From NCBI GenBank assembly GCA_963819655.1, contig CAWFXA010000002.1, positions 1,632,001-1,696,000 of the forward strand: a DNA stretch of 64,000 nucleotides, in the 5' to 3' direction. The DNA is from an uncultured Chloroflexia bacterium. GTDB lineage: Bacteria; Chloroflexota; Limnocylindria; Limnocylindrales; CSP1-4. Positions 30,160-40,429 of the stretch are shown piece by piece (within the stretch, counting starts at the first letter, position 1; each line of letters starts with the position of its first letter). The position numbers and the translations under genes were made by a program. Below the pieces are notes generated by a model. It was not told the origin of the DNA, searched no databases, and saw only the letters and a program-made list of their open reading frames with translations.

Positions 30160-30843
30160 ATGGGACACAAGGTCCATCCGTACGGCTTCCGCCTGGGTGT
30201 CTCGCGCACCTGGACCGCGAAGTGGTACGCGGATAAGGAATACACGACCTCGCTCAAGGAGGACATCGCGATCCGCACGCTCATCGAGAAGCGTCTCGCG
30301 AATGCCAGCGTGAGCGGCGTCGAGATCGAGCGTGGCATCAACCACGTCACCGTGACGATCCATACGGCCAAGCCGGGCATCGTCATCGGCAAAGGCGGCG
30401 CGAACGTCGAGGTCCTGCGCCAGCAGATCGGCGGGCTCAGCAACCGCAAGGTCAAGCTCGAGATCAAGGAGATCCGCCAGCCCGAGCTCGACGCGCACCT
30501 GGTCGCGATGAACATCGCCGGCCAGCTGACCCGCCGGATCGCCTTCAAGAAGGCGATGAAGCAGGCCATCCAGCGCTCGATGAAGGCCGGCGCGAAGGGC
30601 GTCAAGATCGCCGTCGCCGGCAGGCTCGGTGGCTCCGAGATGGGTCGCCGCGAGTGGGACAAGGAGGGCCGCATCCCGCTCGGCACGCTCCGCGCGGACA
30701 TCAGCTACGGCCAGGTCCACGCCCACACGACCTACGGCCGCATCGGCGTCAAGGTGTGGATCTATCGGGGTGACATCGCCCCAGAACCGGTCCGCCGGCC
30801 CGAGCTCGCCGGCGCCCAGGCACCTGTCGGGCAGGGGAGCTGA
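30160..30843 (+). CDS. rpsC: 30S ribosomal protein S3
   Basis: [12 protein letters not shown] and [12 protein letters not shown] motifs. Confidence 0.97.
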   Translation: MGHKVHPYGFRLGVSRTWTAKWYADKEYTTSLKEDIAIRTLIEKRLANASVSGVEIERGINHVTVTIHTAKPGIVIGKGGANVEVLRQQIGGLSNRKVKLEIKEIRQPELDAHLVAMNIAGQLTRRIAFKKAMKQAIQRSMKAGAKGVKIAVAGRLGGSEMGRREWDKEGRIPLGTLRADISYGQVHAHTTYGRIGVKVWIYRGDIAPEPVRRPELAGAQAPVGQGS

Positions 30844-30845
30844 CG

Positions 30846-31268
30846 ATGTTGATGCCGCGACGCGTCAAGCATCGCAAGGTCATGCGCGGCCGGATGTCCG
30901 GCCTGGCCAAGGGTGGCTTCACGGTCGCCTTCGGTGAGTACGGCCTGGCCACGATGGAGCCGGCCTGGATCACGAGCCGCCAGATCGAGGCGGCCCGGCG
31001 TGCCATGACCCGCTCGGTCAAGCGCGGCGGCAAGATCTGGATCCGCGTCTTCCCCGACAAGCCGGCGACCAAGAAGCCCGCGGAGACGCGGATGGGTTCC
31101 GGCAAGGGCGCACCCGACCACTGGGTCGCGGTCGTCAAGCCGGGCCGGATCCTGTTCGAGATGGCCGGTGTCGATCACGAATCGGCGGTCGAGGCGATGC
31201 GCCTGGCCGGCCACAAGCTCCCCGTCGCGACCCGTCTGGTCGCCCGGGAAGGCGCGAAGGAGGCGTGA
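30846..31268 (+). CDS. rplP: 50S ribosomal protein L16
   Basis: RQIEAARRA and ETRMGSGKG motifs. Confidence 0.97.
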   Translation: MLMPRRVKHRKVMRGRMSGLAKGGFTVAFGEYGLATMEPAWITSRQIEAARRAMTRSVKRGGKIWIRVFPDKPATKKPAETRMGSGKGAPDHWVAVVKPGRILFEMAGVDHESAVEAMRLAGHKLPVATRLVAREGAKEA

Positions 31269-31471
31269 CGGTGGACCTCAAGAAGATCCGCTCGCTCTCC
31301 GACACCGAGCTCGAAGATGCCCTGCGCGAAGCGAAGCAGGACCTGTGGGGAGCGCGCTTCGCGCTCTCGACCCGACAACTCAAGGACTACAGCACGATCT
31401 CGCTGACGCGAAGGACGATCGCGCGGATCCTCACCGTCCAGCGCGAGCGCAAGCTCGGCAAGACGGCATAG
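31265..31471 (+). CDS. rpmC: 50S ribosomal protein L29
   Basis: 68 aa, RRTIARILT, position between rplP and rpsQ. Confidence 0.93.
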   Translation: MTVDLKKIRSLSDTELEDALREAKQDLWGARFALSTRQLKDYSTISLTRRTIARILTVQRERKLGKTA

Positions 31472-31483
31472 GGATATCACGCG

Positions 31484-31987
31484 ATGACAGGAGCGACCAC
31501 CAAGGTGCAGGTAAAGCGGAAGACGAAGGTCGGCCGCGTTGTCAGCGACCGCATGGACAAGACGATCGTCGTGTCCGTCGAGCGACTGGCACGCCACCGG
31601 CTGTACAAGCGGGTCATCCGCCTGACGACCCGGTTCAAGGCCCACGATGAGGAGAATGAAGCCCGTATCGGCGACACCGTCCTCATCGAGGAGGCACGGC
31701 CGATGTCGGCGACGAAGCGCTGGCGGCTGATCAGCGTCGTCCAGCGCGCCGGCGAGCACGGCTTGCCGGGCGAGGCCGTCGTGGGCGAAGAAGACGCGGT
31801 GACCGAGGCCATCCACGCCGCCGCCCATCCGGGCCGGACGCGCGCGACCGACACCGACGCGACTGAGACCGCGAGCGCGTCCGCCGAGGCCGAGGGCTCG
31901 GACGCAACCGATGGTGCCGACGCAAGCAGCTCCGAGGACCGAGGCGACGCTCCGGCGAGCCATCGGTCCGAGGATTCTGGCTCGTGA
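31484..31987 (+). CDS. rpsQ: 30S ribosomal protein S17 with acidic C-terminal extension
   Basis: [14 protein letters not shown] and RPMSATKRW motifs. About 75 extra C-terminal residues ending in a family A repeat. Confidence 0.95.
   Translation: MTGATTKVQVKRKTKVGRVVSDRMDKTIVVSVERLARHRLYKRVIRLTTRFKAHDEENEARIGDTVLIEEARPMSATKRWRLISVVQRAGEHGLPGEAVVGEEDAVTEAIHAAAHPGRTRATDTDATETASASAEAEGSDATDGADASSSEDRGDAPASHRSEDSGS
31930..31977 (+). repeat. family A structured repeat, copy 4 (48 bp), inside the rpsQ coding frame
   Basis: CTCCGA-GGACCGA-GGC-GA-CGC-TCCG-GCG-A-GCC-A-TCGGTCC-GAGGATTC. Confidence 0.9.
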
Positions 31988-32352
31988 TCCAGCCTCAGAC
32001 GCGACTCAAGGTGGCCGACAACACCGGCGCCCGGAGCATCCAGTGCATCCGGGTGATGGGTCGCTCCCTCAAGACGACGGCGGGCGTCGGCGACGTCATC
32101 GTCGCCAGCGTCAAGCAGGCGATCCCCAACGCCGCCGTCAAGAAGGGCGACGTCGTGCGTGCCGTGATCGTCCGCACCAACAAGGAATACGGTCGCGCCG
32201 ACGGGAGCTACATCCGCTTCGACGAGAACGCCGCGGTCCTTATCAACAACCAGGGCAACCCGCGCGGCACGCGCATCTTCGGACCGGTCGCCCGTGAGCT
32301 GCGGGACAGGAACTACATGAAGATCGTGTCCCTCGCCCCGGAGGTGCTGTGA
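31984..32352 (+). CDS. rplN: 50S ribosomal protein L14
   Basis: [15 protein letters not shown] and [12 protein letters not shown] motifs. Confidence 0.98.
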   Translation: MIQPQTRLKVADNTGARSIQCIRVMGRSLKTTAGVGDVIVASVKQAIPNAAVKKGDVVRAVIVRTNKEYGRADGSYIRFDENAAVLINNQGNPRGTRIFGPVARELRDRNYMKIVSLAPEVL

Positions 32353-32792
32353 TGGCCGTCCGGACAGTCGTCCCCAAGGCACCCAAGGTGCCTGAGATCC
32401 GCAAGGGCGACACCGTCGTGGTCCTGTCCGGCAGGGATGCCGGCAAGCGTGGCACGGTGGAGCGCGTGATCCGCCGCCAGGCGGCGCCGCGCGGTGGCCG
32501 GAGCGTCTTCCGGCGCGGCTCGGCCGCAGGTGGCGTGAGCGTCGTCGTCGAGGGCGTGAACATCGCCAAGCGCCATACGAAGGCCCGCCAGACGTCGAGC
32601 TCGACCGATCGCATGCCCAAGATCCAGCAGGGCGGCATCCTCGAGATCGCCCAGCCGCTGCCGATCGGCAAGGTCATGGTCGTGTGCGGCAGCTGTGGCA
32701 AGCCGACCCGCATCAGCCACCGCACGCTCGACAACGGTCGACGGGTCCGGGTCTGCAAGAACTGCGGCGAGCAGCTCGAGGTGAAGGCATGA
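32352..32792 (+). CDS. rplX: 50S ribosomal protein L24
   Basis: [22 protein letters not shown] and VVEGVNI motifs. Two CxxC pairs at the C-terminus. Confidence 0.95.
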   Translation: MAVRTVVPKAPKVPEIRKGDTVVVLSGRDAGKRGTVERVIRRQAAPRGGRSVFRRGSAAGGVSVVVEGVNIAKRHTKARQTSSSTDRMPKIQQGGILEIAQPLPIGKVMVVCGSCGKPTRISHRTLDNGRRVRVCKNCGEQLEVKA

Positions 32793-33514
32793 CCAGCCGC
32801 CTCCGCGAGCGCTATGCGGCCGAGGTCGTGCCGGCGCTGCAGAAGCAGTTCGAGTACCACAACCCCAACCAGGTGCCGCGTCTGTCCAAGATCGTGGTCA
32901 ACATCGGTCTCGGCGAGGCGCTCACCAACGCCAAGGCGCTCGACGCCGCGCTCGGCGACCTGAGCACGATCACCGGCCAGAGGCCGATCGTGACGAAGGC
33001 CAAGCGCTCGATCGCCCAGTTCCGTCTCCGGACCGGCAACTCGATCGGTGCCAAGGTGACCCTCCGCGGCGAGCGGATGTGGGACTTCCTGGACCGGTTG
33101 ACGACATTGGCCCTGCCACGCATCCGCGACTTCCGGGGCGTGCCCGGGAAGTCGTTCGATGGCCGGGGCAACTATTCGCTCGGGATGCGCGAGCAGCTCG
33201 CGTTCCCCGAGATCGACTACGACAAGGTGGACCGTCTCCGCGGGCTGGAGATCAGCATCGTGACGACGGCGAAGACCGACGAGGAATCGAAGAAGCTCCT
33301 CGAGCTCCTCGGCATGCCCTTCGCTCATGGCGTCCGCGATGTTCGCTTGCATCTCATCCGCTCGGACGGCCCCGGCCTGCGTGGTGCCTCCGCGCGTTCA
33401 CTCACGCACACTCCGAGTGCGCCTCGTGCTCGGCACCGCCTTGGCCGGAGGTCGCCCACGCGGCGATCTGCGGCGCCTTTCGGGATCGGCTCAGGCGAGG
33501 AGAAACATGGCTAA
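32789..33514 (+). CDS. rplE: 50S ribosomal protein L5 with 61-aa repeat-derived C-terminal extension
   Basis: [19 protein letters not shown] and LGMPF motifs. No stop after residue 180, frame continues through a family B repeat to TAA 33512-33514. Confidence 0.93.
   Translation: MTSRLRERYAAEVVPALQKQFEYHNPNQVPRLSKIVVNIGLGEALTNAKALDAALGDLSTITGQRPIVTKAKRSIAQFRLRTGNSIGAKVTLRGERMWDFLDRLTTLALPRIRDFRGVPGKSFDGRGNYSLGMREQLAFPEIDYDKVDRLRGLEISIVTTAKTDEESKKLLELLGMPFAHGVRDVRLHLIRSDGPGLRGASARSLTHTPSAPRARHRLGRRSPTRRSAAPFGIGSGEEKHG
33329..33477 (+). repeat. family B palindromic repeat, copy 2 (about 149 bp), inside the extended rplE frame
   Basis: Arms GGCGTCCGCGAT/ATCTGCGGCGCC and CCGGCC/GGCCGG. Core CTCCGCGCGTTCACTCACGCAC-ACTCCGA-GTGCGCCTCGTGCTCGGCACCGCCTTG. 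Confidence 0.75.
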
Positions 33515-33692
33515 GAAGTCGATGATCGCCAAGGCGGCGCGCAAGCCCAAGCACAAGGTGCAGGCGTACCACCGCTGTTTCGTGTGCGGGCGACCGCGCG
33601 CCTTCATGCGACGGTTCGCGCTGTGCCGCATCTGCTTCCGGGAGCGAGCGCTCCTGGGCGAGCTGCCCGGCGTCACGAAGTCGAGCTGGTAG
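33507..33692 (+). CDS. rpsN: 30S ribosomal protein S14 (zinc-binding type Z)
   Basis: 61 aa, [31 protein letters not shown] Shine-Dalgarno. Confidence 0.96.
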   Translation: MAKKSMIAKAARKPKHKVQAYHRCFVCGRPRAFMRRFALCRICFRERALLGELPGVTKSSW

Positions 33693-33700
33693 GAACACCG

Positions 33701-34099
33701 ATGAACATCTCCGACCCGATCGCGGACATGCTCACGCGCGTTCGAAACGCGTCACGGGCGCGCCACACCGATGTTGTCGTGCCGGCGTCGCGCACGAAGC
33801 GCGAGATCGCCCGCATCCTCAAGGATGAGGGCTTCATCGCCGACGTCCAGGAGGAGCAGGCCGGGCCCGCCGCGGTCCTGCGCCTGACCCTCAAGTACGT
33901 CGATGGGAAGGCCCCCGTCGTGTCAGGCCTCAAGCGCATCAGCAAGCCCGGCCTGCGTGTCTACGCACGCAAGACGGACATCCCGCGGGTGCTCGGCGGC
34001 CTGGGCATCGTCATCGTCAGCACGAGCCAGGGCATCATGACCGGCCAGCAGGCGCGCCAGGCGCAGCTGGGCGGCGAAGTCCTCGCGTACGTCTGGTAG
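33701..34099 (+). CDS. rpsH: 30S ribosomal protein S8
   Basis: [13 protein letters not shown] and [10 protein letters not shown] motifs. Confidence 0.97.
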   Translation: MNISDPIADMLTRVRNASRARHTDVVVPASRTKREIARILKDEGFIADVQEEQAGPAAVLRLTLKYVDGKAPVVSGLKRISKPGLRVYARKTDIPRVLGGLGIVIVSTSQGIMTGQQARQAQLGGEVLAYVW

Positions 34100-34108
34100 G
34101 CGGGCACG

Positions 34109-34660
34109 ATGTCGCGTATCGGACGATTGCCGATCACCGTTCCGTCTGGCGTCGATGTGACGATCGCGGGGCGGGAGGTCACGATCAAGGGGCCCAAGGG
34201 CACCCTGAGCAGGTCCCTGCACCCGGACATGTCCGTGAAGCAGGAGGACGGCTCGATCCTCGTGACCCGGCCGACCGAGCAGAAGACCCACAAGCAGCTC
34301 CACGGCCTGACGCGGACCTTGGTGAACAACATGGTCGTCGGTGTGACCGACGGCTACCGCAAGGGGCTCGAGATCACCGGTGTGGGCTATCGCGCCGCAC
34401 TGAGCGGCAGGAAGCTCACGCTCAACCTCGGCTACAGCCACCCGATCGAGATCGACCCGCCCGAGGGCATCAGCTTCGAGCTCGAGAACCCGACCCGCCT
34501 GGCGGTGATCGGCATCGACAAGGAGCTGGTCGGCCAGGTCGCCGCGCAGGTGCGCGCGACGCGCAAGCCGGAGCCGTACAAGGGCAAGGGCGTGCGCTAC
34601 GCCGGTGAGCAGGTCCGCCGCAAGGCGGGCAAGGCCGGCAAGATCGGCGCCAAGAAGTAA
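34109..34660 (+). CDS. rplF: 50S ribosomal protein L6
   Basis: MSRIGRLPI and [11 protein letters not shown] motifs. Confidence 0.97.
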   Translation: MSRIGRLPITVPSGVDVTIAGREVTIKGPKGTLSRSLHPDMSVKQEDGSILVTRPTEQKTHKQLHGLTRTLVNNMVVGVTDGYRKGLEITGVGYRAALSGRKLTLNLGYSHPIEIDPPEGISFELENPTRLAVIGIDKELVGQVAAQVRATRKPEPYKGKGVRYAGEQVRRKAGKAGKIGAKK

Positions 34661-34688
34661 AGCCGAACCACACGAAGGATCGACGACT

Positions 34689-35051
34689 ATGACGCAGCTC
34701 GCCAGCCGAGGCGCCGCCCGACGCAAGCGCCACGACCGGATCCGCCTCTCGATGGCGGGCTCGGCCGGGCGGCCGCGTCTGGCCGTTTTCCGCAGCCTCA
34801 ACCACATCTACGCGCAGGTCATCGACGACGCGTCCGGCAAGACGCTCGTCGCCGCCTCGACGCTGGAGAAGGAGCTTCGCGGCTCCAAGTCCAGCAAGGC
34901 GGAGGAGGCCGCCACCGTCGGCCGCCTGGTCGCCGAACGGGCGAAGGCGGCGGGGGTCGAGCGCGTGGTCTTCGATCGAGCCGGGTTCCGGTACCACGGG
35001 CGCATCAAGTCGCTCGCCGATGCCGCCCGCGAGGCCGGTCTCGACTTCTGA
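34689..35051 (+). CDS. rplR: 50S ribosomal protein L18
   Basis: [16 protein letters not shown] and [13 protein letters not shown] motifs. Confidence 0.97.
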   Translation: MTQLASRGAARRKRHDRIRLSMAGSAGRPRLAVFRSLNHIYAQVIDDASGKTLVAASTLEKELRGSKSSKAEEAATVGRLVAERAKAAGVERVVFDRAGFRYHGRIKSLADAAREAGLDF

Positions 35052-35063
35052 TCCGGAGGAACC

Positions 35064-35600
35064 ATGGCACGTATCGACCCGAACAAGCTCGCGCTCGAGG
35101 AGCGCGTGGTCCAGATCAACCGAGTAGCCAAGGTCGTCAAGGGCGGCCGCCGCTTCAGCTTCAGCGCGGTCGTCGTCGTCGGTGACGGCGCCGGTCACGT
35201 CGGCGCGGGCCTCGGCAAGGCCGGTGAGGTCCCAGAGGCGATCCGCAAGGGCGTCGAGGACGCCAAGAAGAACATCATCAAGATCCCGATGGTCGGCACG
35301 ACGATCCCCCACGAGGTCAGGGTCGAGTTCGGCGCCAGCCGGGTCATGCTCAAGCCGGCGTCGCAAGGCACTGGCGTCATCGCCGGCGGCTCCGTGCGCG
35401 CGATCCTCGAGGCGGCCGGGGTCCGGGACATCCTCTCCAAGATCTACGGATCGACCAACCCGGTGAACGTCACCCGCGCGACCATCGAGGCGCTGCGCGA
35501 GCTGCATTCCGCCGAGGAGCTGTCGGCACGTCGAGGCGTGAGGCTCGTCAGCCACATCTCAGGCCAGCCGGCGCCCGTCATGGAGGGCGTCGATGGCTAG
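35064..35600 (+). CDS. rpsE: 30S ribosomal protein S5
   Basis: [14 protein letters not shown] and GTGVIAGG motifs. Confidence 0.97.
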   Translation: MARIDPNKLALEERVVQINRVAKVVKGGRRFSFSAVVVVGDGAGHVGAGLGKAGEVPEAIRKGVEDAKKNIIKIPMVGTTIPHEVRVEFGASRVMLKPASQGTGVIAGGSVRAILEAAGVRDILSKIYGSTNPVNVTRATIEALRELHSAEELSARRGVRLVSHISGQPAPVMEGVDG

Positions 35601-35919
35601 GTTGCGCATCACCCAGACCAGGTCGACGATCAGCCACATCGCCCGCAACCGGGCCACGATCAAGGCCCTCGGCCTGCACGGCATCGGCAGCACGACCGAA
35701 GTCCCGGACAACGACGCTATCCGGGGCATGGTTCGACAGGTCCGTTTCCTCGTCTCGGTCGACGAGATCAGCGACGGCGCCGGCACGTCCGGCTCGCGCA
35801 GCCGAGCGGGCGGCCGCTCCGAGGCCCGAGGCTCCGCGGGAGGCCGCTCCGAGGCCCGAGGCTCCGCTCCCGCGAGCCATCGGTCCGAGGATTCCGAGGA
35901 TTCCGAGGAGAAGGAATGA
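35593..35919 (+). CDS. rpmD: 50S ribosomal protein L30 with repeat-derived C-terminal extension
   Basis: [20 protein letters not shown] core of about 58 aa, then about 50 extra residues. Confidence 0.93.
   Translation: MARLRITQTRSTISHIARNRATIKALGLHGIGSTTEVPDNDAIRGMVRQVRFLVSVDEISDGAGTSGSRSRAGGRSEARGSAGGRSEARGSAPASHRSEDSEDSEEKE
35806..35909 (+). repeat. family A repeat copy 5 (48 bp, 35847-35894) with a 30-nt tandem duplication of its 5' side and a 9-nt triplication of its 3' end
   Basis: CTCCGA-GGCCCGA-GGC-TC-CGC-TCCC-GCG-A-GCC-A-TCGGTCC-GAGGATTC. 30-mer at 35806 and 35836. TCCGAGGA(T) at 35884, 35893 and 35902. Confidence 0.88.
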
Positions 35920-36656
35920 AGCTCCACGATCTGCGCCCCGCCGAGGGTTCGCGCAAAGAGCGCACTCGGGTCGGCCGCGGCATCGCGGCAGGGAAGGGCA
36001 AGACCGCGGGCCGCGGAACCAAGGGTCAGAAGGCGCGCGCCGGCGGCTCGATCCCGCCCTGGTTCGAAGGCGGCCAGACGCCGCTGCACGTGCGCATCCC
36101 CAAGCTGCGCGGCTTCAAGAACCCATTCAAGGTCCAGTACGAGGTCGTGAACGTCGGCGACATCGCGGCGGCGGTCGAGCGCGGCGCTCTCGAGGCCGAA
36201 GCTCCGCCGAAGGCCAAAGGTCAGGCGAAGGCCGGTGGCCAGATCACGGTCAACCAGGACATCCTGCGCGCCGTCGGGCTCGTGCGCAGTCTGAACAAGC
36301 CTCTCAAGATCCTCGGTTCCGGCGAGCTCGGTGCGCCGCTGTTCGTCGTGGCCGACGCGTTCACGGCGTCGGCGCGCTCGAAGATCGAAGCGGCGGGGGG
36401 CACGGTCTCCGTCCTCGAGGTCCCGACCAAGCCGCTCAAGGCGATCGGGGTCGAGACGACCGACGATGCGCCGCCGTCGGCCGCGGAGCCGAAGCCCGCC
36501 CGACGCCCGAAGTCGAAGGCGACAGCGGAAACCGCCGTCGAGCCGGAGTCCGCGCCCCCATCCGATACGGAGACCGAGGCGGCCGACGCGGCCAGCGGCG
36601 AGACCGCCGACGCAACCACCGACGATGGCGAGTCATCGCCCAACGACGACGCCTAG
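35916..36656 (+). CDS. rplO: 50S ribosomal protein L15 with internal insertion and acidic C-terminal tail
   Basis: [24 protein letters not shown] and FEGGQTPL motifs. 246 aa. Confidence 0.95.
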   Translation: MKLHDLRPAEGSRKERTRVGRGIAAGKGKTAGRGTKGQKARAGGSIPPWFEGGQTPLHVRIPKLRGFKNPFKVQYEVVNVGDIAAAVERGALEAEAPPKAKGQAKAGGQITVNQDILRAVGLVRSLNKPLKILGSGELGAPLFVVADAFTASARSKIEAAGGTVSVLEVPTKPLKAIGVETTDDAPPSAAEPKPARRPKSKATAETAVEPESAPPSDTETEAADAASGETADATTDDGESSPNDDA

Positions 36657-36662
36657 CCGCCC

Positions 36663-37943
36663 GTGTTCGAATCCCTGCTGAACGCCTTCCGGGCGCCGGA
36701 CATCCGGCGCCGGATCCTGGTCGTCCTCGGCCTGCTCATCGTGTTCCGGTTCCTGGCTGCTGTGCCGGTGCCGGGCATCAACCGCGATCAGCTCGCCACT
36801 TTCCTCGAGGGCAACCCGATCTTCGGGCTGCTGAACCTGTTCTCGGGCGGCGGGTTGTCGAACTTCTCGGTCGTGGCATTGGGCTTGAACCCCTACATCA
36901 ACGCGTCGATCATCATGCAGTTGATGCAGGGCGTCGTGCCCTCGCTCCAGGCGCTCAGCCGCGAAGGTGAATACGGGCGCAACAAGATCACCCAGTACAC
37001 GCGCTACCTGTCGGTGCCGCTGGCGCTGCTGCAGGCATACGGGTTCCTGGCCCTGCTCAACAACAGCAATGTGCTGATCGGCGGCTTCGACCTCGGCAGC
37101 TTCGACACCCTCACCCAGATCGCCACGCTGACCGCCGGCTCGGTCGCCCTGATGTGGATCGGCGAGCTCATCACCGAGCGCGGCATCGGCAACGGCATCA
37201 GCTTCATCATCTTCGCCGGGATCGTGAGCCAGGCGCCGACGGCGATCGGCGCGTTCACGCAGAACCCGAACATCGCCGCGCTCATCGCCTTCGCCCTGGT
37301 GGCGATCGCCGCTGTCGCCGTGATCATCTACATCCAGGAGGGCCAGCGCCGCATCCCGGTCCAGTACGCCAGCCGCGTCCGCGGCCGGCGGATGTACCAG
37401 GGTGGCCAGACATTCCTGCCACTCCGCGTCAACCAGGCAGGCGTCATCCCGATCATCTTCGCCGTCAGCATCCTGCTCTTCCCGGTGCAGCTCGCGTCGT
37501 ACTTCACGGCGTCCGAGATCCCGATCGTCAAGAGCATCGCCGACGGGATCGTCTTCCTGCTCAACCCGACGTCCGCCTTGTACATCGTCCTGTACTTCCT
37601 GCTCACGGTCGGCTTCACGTACTTCTACACGGCGTTCACGTTCAAGCCCGATGAGACGGCCGAGCAGCTGCGCAAGAACGGCGGGTTCATCCCGGGCATC
37701 CGGCCGGGGCGCCCGACGCAGGACTACCTTGCCCGCGTCGTGTCCCGCATCACGTTCGCCGGGGCGATGTTCCTGGCCATCGTCGCGGTGTCGCCGACGA
37801 TCGTCGGCGCGGCGTTCCCGGACCTCGGGGCGATCGGCCTCGGCGGGACGAGCCTGCTGATCGTCGTGTCGGTCGTGGTCGAGACGATGAAACAGATCGA
37901 GGCGCAGTTGATGATGCGCAACTACGAGGGATTTATCCGATGA
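36663..37943 (+). CDS. secY: preprotein translocase subunit SecY
   Basis: PYINASII, ITERGIGNGIS, FIPGIRPG and GGTSLLIVV motifs. Confidence 0.98.
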   Translation: MFESLLNAFRAPDIRRRILVVLGLLIVFRFLAAVPVPGINRDQLATFLEGNPIFGLLNLFSGGGLSNFSVVALGLNPYINASIIMQLMQGVVPSLQALSREGEYGRNKITQYTRYLSVPLALLQAYGFLALLNNSNVLIGGFDLGSFDTLTQIATLTAGSVALMWIGELITERGIGNGISFIIFAGIVSQAPTAIGAFTQNPNIAALIAFALVAIAAVAVIIYIQEGQRRIPVQYASRVRGRRMYQGGQTFLPLRVNQAGVIPIIFAVSILLFPVQLASYFTASEIPIVKSIADGIVFLLNPTSALYIVLYFLLTVGFTYFYTAFTFKPDETAEQLRKNGGFIPGIRPGRPTQDYLARVVSRITFAGAMFLAIVAVSPTIVGAAFPDLGAIGLGGTSLLIVVSVVVETMKQIEAQLMMRNYEGFIR

Positions 37944-38112
37944 CGTCCCCCGCCCTGGTGGCGCATCCCCGCGTTGCAATCTGCGGGCGGTCGCTCACGC
38001 ACACCGCCCCGAGGTCTGAGGCGACGCCCCGCGAGCCATCAGCCCGAGGGTTCGTAGCGCTCGCTCCTGTCCTCGATTGCGCCGTGGCCTGCGCTCACCA
38101 TCGCCGGTGACG
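37944..38112 (+). repeat. family B palindromic repeat, copy 3 (about 169 bp), carrying a family A unit in its loop
   Basis: Starts at the base after the secY stop. Arms CGTC/GACG, TGGTG/CACCA and GCGCA/TGCGC. Core GCGTTG..TCGCTCACGCAC-[insert]-GTAGCGCTCGCTC..GCGCCGTG. Confidence 0.75.
38007..38053 (+). repeat. family A structured repeat, copy 6 (47 bp), nested in family B copy 3
   Basis: CCCCGA-GGTCTGA-GGC-GA-CGC-CCC-GCG-A-GCC-A-TCAGCCC-GAGGGTTC. Confidence 0.87.
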
Positions 38113-38131
38113 AGGTTGCGCAAGAACGGCG

Positions 38132-38800
38132 ATGACGGTCGTGGTGCTCCTCGGTGCGCCGGGAGCAGGCAAGGGGACGCAGGCCGAACTGCTCGCGGAG
38201 CGGCTTGGCATCCCGCACGTCGCGACCGGTGACCTCTTCAGGGCAGCGGTGCGCGATGGCTCCCCGATCGGCCTCGAGGCGCGCCGGTTCATGGAGCGCG
38301 GTCAGCTCGTGCCCGACGACATCACGATCCGGATGTTGCTCGACCGCCTCGACCAGCCCGATGCCGCGGACGGGGCGATCCTTGACGGGTTCCCGCGCAC
38401 CGGCGCGCAGGCGTTCGCGCTCGACGAGGCCCTGCGCGAGCGGGGCGATCAGGTCGATCTCGCAGTCGATATCGAGGTCCCGGTCGACGAGCTCATCGGG
38501 CGCATGTCCGGCCGCTGGGTCTGCGAGGAGTCCGGGCACGTCTACAACGAGTCGACGAACCCGCCGCAGGTCCCCGGTGTGTGCGACATCGATGGATCGC
38601 CCCTCATCCAGCGCGAGGATGACAAGGCCGACACGATCCGTGCGCGAATGGACACCCAGCTGGTCAGCCTTCGCGAGGTCATCGACCACTACCGACGAAC
38701 GGGGGTCCTGCGCTCAGTCGACGGTCTCCGGCCGATCGACACTGTCGCCGACGACGTCCTCGCGGTCGTGCGGGACGAGCCGAAGGGCACGGGCGTCTGA
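38132..38800 (+). CDS. adk: adenylate kinase
   Basis: GAPGAGKGTQA, LDGFPRT and QREDD motifs, long LID domain. Confidence 0.97.
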   Translation: MTVVVLLGAPGAGKGTQAELLAERLGIPHVATGDLFRAAVRDGSPIGLEARRFMERGQLVPDDITIRMLLDRLDQPDAADGAILDGFPRTGAQAFALDEALRERGDQVDLAVDIEVPVDELIGRMSGRWVCEESGHVYNESTNPPQVPGVCDIDGSPLIQREDDKADTIRARMDTQLVSLREVIDHYRRTGVLRSVDGLRPIDTVADDVLAVVRDEPKGTGV

Positions 38801-38801
38801 G

Positions 38802-39566
38802 GTGGTCACGCGCAAGTCCCGCGCCGAGATCGCGCGCATGCGCCAGGCCGGGCGCGTGGTCGCCGAGGTCCTCGCGCTCGTCGAGAGCGAGCTCAAGCCG
38901 GGCATCACGACCGCACACCTCGACCGGCTGGCCGAGGCGCATATCCGTGCCGCCGGCGCGACCCCGTCCTTCAAGGGCTATCCCGGGATCAACCCGCGCC
39001 GGCCGTTTCCGGGCAGCCTGTGCATCTCGCTCGATGACGAGATCGTCCACGGGATCCCCGGGGAGCGGATGATCCGCGATGGCCAGATCGTGTCGGTCGA
39101 TGCCGGGGCGATCATCGAGGGCTGGCATGGCGACGGCGCCCGGACGTTCTTCGTCGGCGTCCCGCCGGAGCCCGTCCGGCGCCTGATCGAAGCGACCCAG
39201 GAGGCGATGATGGCCGGTATCGCGGCTGCGGTCCCGGGCAACCATATCGAGGACATCTCGGCTGCGGTCGAGGACGTCGCCAGGCCGTACGGGTTCGGGA
39301 TCATCCGCCAGTTCGTCGGTCACGGGATCGGCACCGAGATGCACGAGGAGCCGCAGGTCCCCAACTATCGGACGGGCCGTCGCGGGCGCAAGCTCGAGCC
39401 CGGCCTGTGCCTCGCCATCGAGCCCATGTTCACACTCGGCGACTATCGCGCACACGTCCTCGACGACGACTGGACGGTCTCGACCGTCGACGGCTCACTG
39501 GCCGCCCACTTCGAGCATTCGATCGCGATCACGGAAGCCGGGCCGGAGATCCTGACCAATGTCTGA
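38802..39566 (+). CDS. map: methionine aminopeptidase (type I)
   Basis: IVHGIPG, VDAG..HGDGART, GHGIG..HEEP, AIEPM and AHFEHSI motifs. Confidence 0.96.
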   Translation: MVTRKSRAEIARMRQAGRVVAEVLALVESELKPGITTAHLDRLAEAHIRAAGATPSFKGYPGINPRRPFPGSLCISLDDEIVHGIPGERMIRDGQIVSVDAGAIIEGWHGDGARTFFVGVPPEPVRRLIEATQEAMMAGIAAAVPGNHIEDISAAVEDVARPYGFGIIRQFVGHGIGTEMHEEPQVPNYRTGRRGRKLEPGLCLAIEPMFTLGDYRAHVLDDDWTVSTVDGSLAAHFEHSIAITEAGPEILTNV

Positions 39567-39577
39567 GGCCCTGGCGG

Positions 39578-39606
39578 TTGCCTCGAACGGCGACTTTTGA
39601 TACGCT
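39578..39606 (+). promoter_or_regulatory. sigma70-type promoter upstream of infA and the alpha operon
   Basis: TTGCCT-N17-TACGCT with a TG extension. Confidence 0.55.
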
Positions 39607-39670
39607 ACGCGTTCGTGTGTCGGTCCGTCCGGGCCGGCACTCCCCATGAGAGAGGGAAGCACACCAGCCT

Positions 39671-39889
39671 GTGGCCAAGAAGGATGCGATCGAAGTGGAG
39701 GGAACGGTGATCGAGCCGCTACCCAACACGATGTTCGCTGTGGAGCTCGAGAATGGCCACCGGGTGCTCGCCCATATCAGCGGCAAGCTACGGATGAACT
39801 TCATCCGCATCCTGCCGGGTGACCGGGTCCGCGTCGAACTGTCGCCGTACGACCTCACCCGTGGCCGCATCACCTACCGACTCAAGTAA
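39671..39889 (+). CDS. infA: translation initiation factor IF-1
   Basis: 72 aa, [25 protein letters not shown]. Confidence 0.98.
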   Translation: MAKKDAIEVEGTVIEPLPNTMFAVELENGHRVLAHISGKLRMNFIRILPGDRVRVELSPYDLTRGRITYRLK

Positions 39890-39923
39890 CAAGACACGCA
39901 CGAAACACACGATCGAGGATCCG

Positions 39924-40037
39924 TTGAAGGTCAGAGCTTCCGTTAAGGCGCGCTGCGATAACTGCAAGGTCATCCGGCGCCATGGCACGGTGATGGTCAT
40001 CTGCAGCAATCCCAAGCACAAGCAGCGGCAGGGGTAA
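39924..40037 (+). CDS. rpmJ: 50S ribosomal protein L36
   Basis: TTG start after [29 protein letters not shown], 37 aa. Confidence 0.96.
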   Translation: MKVRASVKARCDNCKVIRRHGTVMVICSNPKHKQRQG

Positions 40038-40040
40038 CCG

Positions 40041-40412
40041 ATGGCACGTATCGCTGGTGTCGATATCCCGCGCGAAAAGCGCGTCGAGATCGCGCTCACG
40101 TACGTCTATGGCATCGGCCTGCCCACGAGCCAGAAGATCCTCACCCAGACGAACATCAACCCGGACACGCGTGTCCGCGACCTCACTGAGGAGCAGGTCA
40201 ACCGCCTGCGGGAGCTGATCGATCGCCGCTACAAGGTGGAGGGTGACCTGCGCCGCGAGACGGCGCTCAACATCAAGCGCCTCATCGAGATCGGCTCGTA
40301 CCGCGGCGTCCGCCACCGGCGCAACCTGCCCGTCCGCGGCCAGCGCACCAAGACCAACGCTCGCCAGCGACGCGGACCGAAGAAGACGGTCGGCATCCGG
40401 CGCAAGAAGTGA
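40041..40412 (+). CDS. rpsM: 30S ribosomal protein S13
   Basis: [10 protein letters not shown] and [13 protein letters not shown] motifs. Confidence 0.98.
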   Translation: MARIAGVDIPREKRVEIALTYVYGIGLPTSQKILTQTNINPDTRVRDLTEEQVNRLRELIDRRYKVEGDLRRETALNIKRLIEIGSYRGVRHRRNLPVRGQRTKTNARQRRGPKKTVGIRRKK

Positions 40413-40429
40413 CGAGGGACTGACCAGGC

